A stretch of DNA of 15,641 nt. It comes from Candidatus Asgardarchaeum abyssi (GTDB lineage: Archaea; Asgardarchaeota; Asgardarchaeia; Asgardarchaeales; Asgardarchaeaceae). The notes below the pieces were generated by a model. That model was not told the origin of the DNA. It saw only the letters and a program-made list of their open reading frames with translations, and made no database searches. Below, piece by piece: positions 8,052 through 15,641 of the stretch. The stretch's first letter is position 1. Every line of letters starts with the position of its first letter. The stretch is taken from contig JBECUL010000050.1 in the NCBI GenBank assembly GCA_040225955.1, forward strand, positions 1 through 15,641, written 5' to 3'. Both the position numbers and the translations under genes were made by a program.

Positions 8052-9559
8052 GTGGTGTGGAGAGTATTTTTATCTCTTTCGATAAAGATATAGCCTTGGT
8101 AATCATAATCATTGGAATTTTATCGATAATTATTGGGCTTTTAAAATTGTTTAAGCTGATTAAAGAAAAGAAAGGTCGTGAAGTAATTATAAGTTATATT
8201 TTTCTTTTGCATGGATTCCTATTCCTCAGCCTGCAATTAATTTTTGAGCACTTTATACTTCTGTATCCAGAAATACTTCCAACGATATTTTTCATATTTG
8301 CAGTTGCATCATTTGCAGCTTTCATAGCTTATGGTTTTTCTAAATATCTCCTATTTGCGATTTTATCCTCATTTTCAATATCATCCTACATTTTATATTT
8401 GCTTGGTGTAAGTGGTAGTATTGCAATTGCAATATATTATATGTTCTCAGCTATTGCTTTCTCTGTCGTGATAATTCCAGCAGGCATTTATTTATCCATT
8501 AAGCGGTATCCACCCTTCTGCTTCTCGCTTGGTTATGCATTATATATATTTACTTACATAGTTGAGAAAGTCGGCGAATTTATTGTAGCGAGAACTGGTT
8601 TCTTATACCTACAATATTTATTTAACCTTTTTAGAGCACTAGAAATTTATCTATATTCCTTTATTATAATCTTTTTAGCATCTTCGTTGATATTTTCGAA
8701 TGAACAAAGTGTTATAAGAGGGTTAACTAGAAGTCTTACAATATATATTGGTATTATAGGTGCTGGTACGTTTCTTTATCTTTATTTCTCAAAGCTGATG
8801 GCAATTCGACTTACTCCAAATCCAGAAACGGCATATCAACTCTATATGAGTGGTATACCAACAGCATTATTCTTATTTGCTGGTATCATAGCGGCAGCAA
8901 TAACAGTATCTGCTATAACTTCTATATTCATTGAAAAATACATTCTCTTCAAGGATAGGCCCTCGTTCTACATGGGACTCGGATATCTATCATTAGCTAT
9001 CGGCCTTATTGCTTATGTTTATCTGTTACTGTTTACTTTAGAGTATTTAACTCCTTTAGGCTATTTCTATACAATAAACTACCAATATCAAATACCTTAT
9101 AGAGTTTATCTACTTTCATTATTAATTGCTGGCTCATTGTTTTCATTAGGCAGCCTTATGATATTGCGAAAGGAATCCTATTATTACTTCTTGTCATGGG
9201 TGACTGGATTTGCAATCGCATCGCTCTTATTCACAAAACATATACCAATCAATATATTGAATCCATTAATTTTTATGGAGCTCCCCCTCTCAGCATTTCT
9301 GATATCCTTGCTCATATTATTCTTTATACCAATAGCGATATTCTTAAGATACGGTTTCTTACTCTATAGACGTGGTTCTCCTGCAGCCGTTATTACATTA
9401 GGAATTGGTTTATCGCTAGTTATATTTATAATAGGTCTTTTCTTCCATATTTTTGTTCTTGAAAATCTATTACGATTCTTTGGAGGAGTACTCTACTTTT
9501 TCAACTCGGTAATTGTATATGCTCTCTTATTACAAAGAGGTAGAAGTAGAAAAACATGA
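8042..9559 (+). CDS. Multipass membrane protein (~15 TM), function unknown
   Basis: 505 aa, almost entirely hydrophobic segments with short loops and a basic C-tail QRGRSRKT. Overlaps the upstream gene by 10 nt; GGTGA at 8031-8035. Confidence 0.8.
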   Translation: MDVSGVESIFISFDKDIALVIIIIGILSIIIGLLKLFKLIKEKKGREVIISYIFLLHGFLFLSLQLIFEHFILLYPEILPTIFFIFAVASFAAFIAYGFSKYLLFAILSSFSISSYILYLLGVSGSIAIAIYYMFSAIAFSVVIIPAGIYLSIKRYPPFCFSLGYALYIFTYIVEKVGEFIVARTGFLYLQYLFNLFRALEIYLYSFIIIFLASSLIFSNEQSVIRGLTRSLTIYIGIIGAGTFLYLYFSKLMAIRLTPNPETAYQLYMSGIPTALFLFAGIIAAAITVSAITSIFIEKYILFKDRPSFYMGLGYLSLAIGLIAYVYLLLFTLEYLTPLGYFYTINYQYQIPYRVYLLSLLIAGSLFSLGSLMILRKESYYYFLSWVTGFAIASLLFTKHIPINILNPLIFMELPLSAFLISLLILFFIPIAIFLRYGFLLYRRGSPAAVITLGIGLSLVIFIIGLFFHIFVLENLLRFFGGVLYFFNSVIVYALLLQRGRSRKT

Positions 9560-9562
9560 TGG

Positions 9563-10177
9563 GTGATAACTTTGAGTTATGAAGTAATTAAAGAAAGGGT
9601 GTTGAAGATACTTTTGCTTGGCGATACCAGTGTTGGAAAGACTAGTATGGCAATTCGTTATGTAGAAGGTGTTTTCCCAGATCCCGATAAGTTGAAATCG
9701 ACAATAGGTGTAGCCTTTTTCTCAAAAAAGGTAAAAGTAAATAATGAGGTTATTATAGCACAAATATGGGACTTTGCGGGTCAAGAACATTTTCGATCTT
9801 TTATGAAAGATATGTTTCGTGGCGCAGCTGGTGGTCTCTTTGTTTTCGATGTAACGCAAGTCACAACACTTGACGACCTAAAGAACTTCTGGATACCTGA
9901 ATTGGAATCAAAATTAGGATTCAAACTTTCTGAAACAAAAAATCATCCTTTTGTTCTTGTTGGTAATAAGGTAGATTTGCTTGATTATGTTTCTTCTATT
10001 TCTACTGTGAATATAGTCTCTATGAGTGAATTAGATGAGTTTCTGGATAAATATGGATTCCAATATTTCGCCACTTCAGCAAAAACTGGTGAAAATATAG
10101 ATATAGCTTTTAAATCCGCCGTAAAAAAGGCCTATCAATTTTACATTAAACCATCTAAGCAAGCTACTATTATATAA
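9563..10177 (+). CDS. Rab-like small GTPase (Ras superfamily)
   Basis: G1 GDTSVGKT, G2 STIG, G3 WDFAGQE, G4 NKVD, G5 TSAK. RabF-like motifs IGVAF, AQIW, HFRSF, MFRGA, FVFDVT. Likely start is TTG 9572 (GGTGA at 9562-9566). Confidence 0.93.
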   Translation: MITLSYEVIKERVLKILLLGDTSVGKTSMAIRYVEGVFPDPDKLKSTIGVAFFSKKVKVNNEVIIAQIWDFAGQEHFRSFMKDMFRGAAGGLFVFDVTQVTTLDDLKNFWIPELESKLGFKLSETKNHPFVLVGNKVDLLDYVSSISTVNIVSMSELDEFLDKYGFQYFATSAKTGENIDIAFKSAVKKAYQFYIKPSKQATII

Positions 10178-10201
10178 TAAATTTTATGTAAACTCATCAT
10201 G

Positions 10202-10222
10202 TCCTTCTTTATTTCTTTCTCT
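10202..10222 (+). terminator. Possible pyrimidine/T-rich archaeal terminator of the GTPase operon
   Basis: TCCTTCTTTATTTCTTTCTCT lies 25 nt after the GTPase stop, in the gap between convergent genes. Confidence 0.3.
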
Positions 10223-10229
10223 AATCTAA

Positions 10230-10970
10230 CTATATTGTAGTTATTGATGTGTATTTTTCACTTGCACGGAAAAAGTTGTATATTATCATTGCTCGTTTTC
10301 TACCTATACCTGGAACTTTTGAAAGGGAATCTGCAGAAGCATTGACTATATTATAAATTGTCCTATATCTTCTTAAGAGGTTTTTAGCAAGATTAGGACC
10401 TATTGTTGGGATTGAAGATAACATAATCACTCTATAATCTCTTTCACCCGAAACTTTAACTTCCTCTCGAGTCCATATAGCTTCAGGAAGTGCTTCATTT
10501 TTTCCCTTTTCCTCTCTCTGAACTAATATTCTAAAAAATTGCCTGAGCGCTGCTTTATTATCTGCAAAAATAACAGGAATTGCGTACACAAAAAGAATTT
10601 GCTGAATAGCACCAATCATTGAAGCGTAGAAAACGTCCTTTTGTCTATCGCTAATGAATTGAGAATCAGGCATATATTGGTCAAAAGTTCCATCAATTAG
10701 TAGAATTTTTCTTCTTATAGGAAGATTTTCTATTTCATTTGTCTTTACTATTCTATAAAGCTGATCCCAAAGCCTATTGTTTCGTACAGAATTTACAAAG
10801 TCGCTTATGTTTTTTCTTTCTATGAGTACAGCATATTTTGCAAAGTTAAAAAGGAAATCACCGATTTCTAATTGCTTGATTTTAACTTTTCCTGGAAATA
10901 ACTTTTCTAAGGTTTCAATGATATCAGATTTTTCTCTGTTATCTATAGTCAATTGTTTTAGAAATACCAT
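10230..10970 (-). CDS. xpf: XPF/ERCC4-family structure-specific endonuclease, short form (nuclease + HhH2)
   Basis: IDNRE, LEIGDF, IERKNISDFVNSV...RLWDQ (GDxnERKx3D); two HhH motifs IPTIGP and VPGIGRKRA. Start placed at ATG 10970, which has GGTGA upstream and removes the overlap with the neighbour (ORF track start 11015). Confidence 0.88.
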   Translation of the reverse strand: MVFLKQLTIDNREKSDIIETLEKLFPGKVKIKQLEIGDFLFNFAKYAVLIERKNISDFVNSVRNNRLWDQLYRIVKTNEIENLPIRRKILLIDGTFDQYMPDSQFISDRQKDVFYASMIGAIQQILFVYAIPVIFADNKAALRQFFRILVQREEKGKNEALPEAIWTREEVKVSGERDYRVIMLSSIPTIGPNLAKNLLRRYRTIYNIVNASADSLSKVPGIGRKRAMIIYNFFRASEKYTSITTI

Positions 10971-10996
10971 CTCAATCACCTTTACAATTAATAAGC

Positions 10997-11404
10997 TTAC
11001 GGTAATAACTTGCATAAAAATGATAACAAGAGGAAAATAATTGAAAGAATGCCAAAAACATCCTTTAGCTCTGTTTTTTTCTCTGGTGTTTTTTCAGTTT
11101 TCTGAAGATACGAAACATATCGCAGATATTCTTTATATTTCATTTGAGGCAGATAGCGATATGTATGTTTAGGATCTATTATTTTCGAACTATATGGCGT
11201 AATTGAGTATAAAAATAAGAATACTACAAATTCTACAAAAAATGTTAATGCAAAAGCGGTTTTAAAAGTGTTTATATCTCCAAATTTCAAATAAGTCCAA
11301 AGATAGAATACACTAAGTGCTACATTACAAATAAAAGTTATAATTAAAATTACCTTGACATTTTTTAGTAACTCTAATAAGTTAATACTTCTCATTTTAA
11401 CCAC
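10997..11404 (-). CDS. Small membrane protein (3 predicted TM), unknown function
   Basis: Two N-terminal hydrophobic helices, a charged loop and a C-terminal hydrophobic helix. Fits with short gaps between co-oriented genes. Confidence 0.65.
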   Translation of the reverse strand: MVKMRSINLLELLKNVKVILIITFICNVALSVFYLWTYLKFGDINTFKTAFALTFFVEFVVFLFLYSITPYSSKIIDPKHTYRYLPQMKYKEYLRYVSYLQKTEKTPEKKTELKDVFGILSIIFLLLSFLCKLLP

Positions 11405-11420
11405 GGCACAGTAAAAACAT

Positions 11421-13070
11421 TTACTCTATTCCTAAACTTACTTTTATTTGCTTAGCAGTAGTATTCCAACTATAGTATGTCTCTGCTACTCTCCTTATTG
11501 ATCTTTTAATAACACTTTTTATCTCCTCTTTTTTCAGCACCGAAATCCAATATTTAAGATTTAAAGCTAGCCTGTTGATTCTTACATTTGGATCTGGTGG
11601 AATTGTTAAAGTCTTGTAGTTAATCTTTGTTATTGTATTACATATACTAATAGCTATGTCTTTCAAAAGATCATTATTTGTAATTATAGGTACTAATCCT
11701 GATGCCATACCTTTTAATACCGAAGATCTGTGAATTTTTGGGGAAGTTACTGGAAAAACAATAATATCGAATAGTGGTAGAATTTCAGCCAATGCGTAAT
11801 CATCAAGATTGCCTAATATCTTTATTTTATCTTTTATTCTAAGTTGCTGAGCATTCATGAAATATTCTTGAAGTCTTCCTTCAGACTTTAATTTCTCAAA
11901 AAATATCATAATTGCAGAAAGTAACTCCTTCTCTTTGATGGTCTCTTTAACAGCTTCTAAGATAAGTCTAACTAAGCCATAATTTCTCATATTTAAGGCT
12001 TTTAAAAGCATTTCAATGAACTCTCTGTATATACTGTATCCTATGAAAATAAAATCTATATCATGAAGTAAAAGTACCTTAGGAATAGCAAAAATCAAAT
12101 CAAAAATCCCTGAATATGGTGAGAAATCGCCAACATAGGCAACAATTGGTCTTTTTTCCCATCTGATCCGCTTAATCTTATATAGAATATCCGCGTCTGG
12201 GTGATCTGGATTGTAGACATTTTTAATTTTACTTGATAACTCAATCAAGTCTCTTTTACTTAATGTACCTCTCTTAAGAGTCTCATCCATTAGTACACTA
12301 TATTCTTCCTTTCGACCGTCTTTAAACTTACTAACTAGTGATGCAAAATTCGCTATTCGTTTATTAAATTGTGTTACAGTTCCATCATATAATTGAAATT
12401 GCGCAGTATCTACACCATCGGGAATTATTTTAATTTTTGATTCTAAGTTTTCTACAAGCTCGCTGAATGCACTTACAACTTTATTTTTGGCAAATAAATC
12501 ATTTACAAATATAAATTCTGTTTCTACTAATCCTTTAAGCGTATATTTAAGGACATGAGACGGTACTTTTAATATATTCTCTATATTCTGTGTAGGTATC
12601 CTAATTGCAAATTTCAATTTATACCTCTCTTTAAACTTCGCTGCAATATACGGCAATATGGGAAAGTCCATCAATATTAAACCGTTTAATCCAAACGTAT
12701 TGTATAATTCATGTAAACTTTCTTCGTAAGCTCTCATATACCCATTTATCTCATCATTATTTGCATCAGAAAGTTTCTTCACATTTTTTTCCTTGCATAT
12801 ATCGTTAGTGCTTGTCAGCATTATAGGTAAATTAAGTGAAATCAATGATATCCTTTGACTCTCAGCGTGTTCTTTTTCATAAACTCGTTTAAGTTTCCTA
12901 TTTTGTATGACATATGCGGTATCTATAAAATCATACTTGTTTACATTTTCCTCATAAGCACAAAGAATATAAACCTCGTCATTTAGTTCAGATAATGCTT
13001 TTGCCAAACCTTTAATAAAGTATAAATCTTCCATTAAGGTGTTTCCGTAGATAATTCCTACTTTGCCCAT
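11421..13070 (-). CDS. GT4 (GT-B fold) glycosyltransferase-like protein, probably catalytically degenerate
   Basis: LAKALSELNDEVYIL, IIPDGVDTAQF, IVAYVG, DIIVFP, MASGLVPII, YYSWNTTAKQI follow the GT4 scaffold. Key donor-binding residues are substituted. Confidence 0.8.
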   Translation of the reverse strand: MGKVGIIYGNTLMEDLYFIKGLAKALSELNDEVYILCAYEENVNKYDFIDTAYVIQNRKLKRVYEKEHAESQRISLISLNLPIMLTSTNDICKEKNVKKLSDANNDEINGYMRAYEESLHELYNTFGLNGLILMDFPILPYIAAKFKERYKLKFAIRIPTQNIENILKVPSHVLKYTLKGLVETEFIFVNDLFAKNKVVSAFSELVENLESKIKIIPDGVDTAQFQLYDGTVTQFNKRIANFASLVSKFKDGRKEEYSVLMDETLKRGTLSKRDLIELSSKIKNVYNPDHPDADILYKIKRIRWEKRPIVAYVGDFSPYSGIFDLIFAIPKVLLLHDIDFIFIGYSIYREFIEMLLKALNMRNYGLVRLILEAVKETIKEKELLSAIMIFFEKLKSEGRLQEYFMNAQQLRIKDKIKILGNLDDYALAEILPLFDIIVFPVTSPKIHRSSVLKGMASGLVPIITNNDLLKDIAISICNTITKINYKTLTIPPDPNVRINRLALNLKYWISVLKKEEIKSVIKRSIRRVAETYYSWNTTAKQIKVSLGIE

Positions 13071-13188
13071 CTAAAGCACCAAGGCTTATCTGCTCATCTC
13101 AATATAATTTCAAGTTGCACATAAATTTTTTGTAATATTAAAAGTATTTAGAATTAGTCACCTTATATACGAATAAAAATATCCTAGG

Positions 13189-13923
13189 TTGATTGATGTG
13201 AATTACTCTCTGACACAATTTAAAGAAAATATTCTTGAAATAAGAGAATTCAGAGATGAAATTAGTATTTTTGATGATAGATGGCACGCAGGTGAGATTC
13301 TTGCAAAGGTACTATCTAAAATTTTAGTTGATGAACCTAAATTAATTACTCTTGCGATTCCTGCTGGTGGTGTACCTATAGGTATTCAAATAGCTAAGAG
13401 TCTAAATACTCCACTCGACTTAATTATAGTTAGAAAGATGCCGATTCCCACAGACCCAGAGGCAGGATTTGGAGCTCTAGCTCCAGATGGAACAATGTTT
13501 CTAAATAAAACACTGTTAGAATTCATTAATTTAGCTGATAATGAAATAGAATTGATTAAAGAGAAAGTTCTTGAGATAATTAAACGACGTAATATCTTAT
13601 TTAGAAGGAATAGAAAATACCCGGACCTTAAAAATACTACTATTATATTGACCGATGATGGTTTAGCATCTGGATATACAATGAGAGCTGCGATACATTG
13701 GGCAAAGAAACATAACCCAAAGAAAGTAATAGTTGCAGTTCCCACATCTCCTATAAATACTGCTCTAGAAATTTCTACAATGGTAAACCTCGTTGTTGTT
13801 TTGAATTTGAGAGAAAGTTTCTATTTTGCTGTTGCTGATGCATATAAAAAGTGGTATGATATAAGTGACGAGGAGATAATCCTGATGTTAAATGAGTTTG
13901 GGTACTATAAAAAGGAAGAATAA
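13189..13923 (+). CDS. Phosphoribosyltransferase family protein (COG1926-like)
   Basis: FDDRWHAGEILA, LAIPAGGVP, IVRK, EAGFGA and the PRPP-binding loop IILTDDGLASGYTM; VAVP. Confidence 0.88.
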   Translation: MIDVNYSLTQFKENILEIREFRDEISIFDDRWHAGEILAKVLSKILVDEPKLITLAIPAGGVPIGIQIAKSLNTPLDLIIVRKMPIPTDPEAGFGALAPDGTMFLNKTLLEFINLADNEIELIKEKVLEIIKRRNILFRRNRKYPDLKNTTIILTDDGLASGYTMRAAIHWAKKHNPKKVIVAVPTSPINTALEISTMVNLVVVLNLRESFYFAVADAYKKWYDISDEEIILMLNEFGYYKKEE

Positions 13924-14005
13924 ACGTAAAAGCTATAGCATACTTAATAGAGATTCGTCAAAAATTAAATATCATGAGCGATATATCAAAATCTAGTGCT
14001 AAAAG

Positions 14006-15013
14006 GTGTTTCCTATGCGGGTTATAGAATTTGGAGTAGATTTGATTCCATATTCGGTGAGAAAAATAATTCCCTTGGCGAAGGCGCTTGAAGAAAACAA
14101 TTTTGATTATTTATGGGTCGCTGATGTAGATTTCGAAAGAGACGCATATACCGCTTTAGCCCTTATAGGATATTCTACAACTAAAATTAAAATTGGAACT
14201 GGTGTCACTAATCCATTAACTAGACATCCTGTCACAACAGCTATTGCAATTTCTACAATGAGTGAATTAACAAATGGTCGAGTTACCCTGGCTTTAGGTA
14301 CTGGGGACTACCATGTAATGCGCATGCTTAATATTCTACCAGAAAAGCCCTTGCGTGCGCTTAAAGAGGCAACATTCATAATTAGAGAGCTTCTTGCAAA
14401 TAAAAAAGTGTCTTTTGAGGGAACTTACTTTAAGATAAAGGATGTAAAACTCTCTTTTGAGAATCCTTTTAAAGTTTCAATATTCATAGCTGGCAAGGGA
14501 CCAAAGTTGCTTAGACTGGCTGGAAAAATTGGCGATGGAGTATATCTTGATGCTATACCATATGAAGTATTCCCTAAGGTAAAAGAAATTATTAGAAGGG
14601 GTGCTGAAAGTGAAGGACGGAAGATAGATGATCTTTATTTAGCCAATGTAATAGCTTTTGCTATGGACAAGGATCATGAAAAAGCTGTTTTAATGGCAAG
14701 GAAAAATACAATATATGCTTTAGCGAGTTTACCAGAATATTTACTTAATGAACTTAAGGTGGAGCATGAAATAATTGAGAATGTTCGTCAATCACTACCA
14801 GATTTTGATAAAGCTGAAAAATATGTACCTATAGATGTAGCAGAACTTTTCTCAATATCTGGAACCCCTGAAGAGTGTATAGAAAAAATTGATAAATACC
14901 ATAAAGAGGGCTTATCTCAAGTGGTATTCATACTCCCTCCAACACAAGATCTAATAGAAGTAGCGAAGCAAGTTAATGAAAAAATAATATCCTATTTTAA
15001 AGAGCAACAATAA
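14006..15013 (+). CDS. LLM-class (luciferase-like) oxidoreductase, Mer-like, probably F420-dependent
   Basis: FDYLWVAD, TTKIKIGTGVTNPLTRHP, SNGR-like TNGRVTLALGTGD, GPKLLRLAGKIGDG, SISGTPEECIEKI. Start may be ATG 14015. Confidence 0.88.
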   Translation: MFPMRVIEFGVDLIPYSVRKIIPLAKALEENNFDYLWVADVDFERDAYTALALIGYSTTKIKIGTGVTNPLTRHPVTTAIAISTMSELTNGRVTLALGTGDYHVMRMLNILPEKPLRALKEATFIIRELLANKKVSFEGTYFKIKDVKLSFENPFKVSIFIAGKGPKLLRLAGKIGDGVYLDAIPYEVFPKVKEIIRRGAESEGRKIDDLYLANVIAFAMDKDHEKAVLMARKNTIYALASLPEYLLNELKVEHEIIENVRQSLPDFDKAEKYVPIDVAELFSISGTPEECIEKIDKYHKEGLSQVVFILPPTQDLIEVAKQVNEKIISYFKEQQ

Positions 15014-15641
15014 GAAAAAGTAGCATGCTAAATCAAAAGCGTTAAAAAATTAAAAGAAAAATTAAGAACCCTTTTCCTCACGATTTATCTTAAATTTTAT
15101 TTTCTTTTTCAATTGCTCTTAGGTCAACAAATAATTGGGTTCCGATTCCACTAATTTGTTGAACTGCAAGTTGTGAGATTAGAAAAGGATGGTTATTTCT
15201 TTTTGAAAAACTGTTACCCATTGTTAACAAAGAACCATACTATAATGCAGTAAAAAGATGTATGAGAATATTGAAAAAAGTATGAATAAAAATACTAAAA
15301 GGAACAATATGTCTTTCACTTTTCTCTTTATATTATCATTTAAAATTTAGGAGAATGGAGTGAAAACAATCAACCCCATTAATGTCACGTATGATCATAT
15401 GATTCATGTTACTTTATCATGATATTATTTATTTTGTAGTGATTTAAAAGCTTTTGTAAAAATATTACGTTTAGATAATACTATTATTGTAACTAATAGT
15501 TTATTTTAGTTGCGTAGGCAGAGAAAATTATAATTTGAGTTGTAATTATATGATCTTTAAGAGCCGAGCACATGTAAAAATTAAGGAATTTCTGATTTAA
15601 GATGTTTTCGCATTCATCAATCCCCAAAATCATGACCCTCT

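Noticed and set aside
8042-9559. Rhodopsin or true GPCR
   Set aside because: No retinal-binding Lys in helix 7 or 15, and no DRY/NPxxY motifs; only the topology is similar.
7644-10177. Classical MglA/MglB pair
   Set aside because: The GTPase has Rab-type WDxAGQE and RabF-like motifs rather than MglA's TVPGQ/GTPGQ, and the partner starts with a beta strand (longin order) rather than the roadblock N-terminal helix.
10777-13745. ORFs 10777-11040 (+) and 13386-13745 (-)
   Set aside because: Antisense shadows of xpf and the phosphoribosyltransferase.
14006-15013. Gene symbol mer
   Set aside because: The DHYNNR motif is absent; only the family-level call is supported.
15090-15221. 43-aa minus-strand ORF starting MGNSFSK, resembling an N-myristoylation motif
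   Set aside because: Short, no clear RBS, and N-myristoyltransferase is not known in archaea; likely chance or a gene remnant.
1-15641. CRISPR array, rRNA or tRNA genes
   Set aside because: No regularly spaced repeats and no GC-rich structured island other than 1-76 were seen.

Overview
AT-rich archaeal DNA with GGAGG/GGTGA ribosome-binding sites, many GTG/TTG starts and Lys/Glu/Ile-rich proteins. The gene content suggests a thermophilic Asgard-like lineage (inference). Left to right: the right end of an IS200/IS605 (TnpB-type) element that truncates sfsA; minus-strand genes for SufC/SmsC, SufB/SmsB, thioredoxin reductase, HycI protease and a HAD hydrolase; a heavily decayed gene for a signal-peptide-bearing membrane protein with a flippase-like part; tyrS; a tightly coupled plus-strand four-gene operon (Zn-finger protein, longin-like protein, ~15-TM protein, Rab-like GTPase); short-form XPF/ERCC4 nuclease; a small membrane protein; a GT4-like protein with a degenerate donor site; a phosphoribosyltransferase; a Mer-like LLM oxidoreductase; and an AT-rich non-coding tail. 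The best candidate for an undescribed system is the four-gene operon, whose membrane protein appears to be 7TM+1+7TM. All family calls come from motif recognition by eye; no searches were run.
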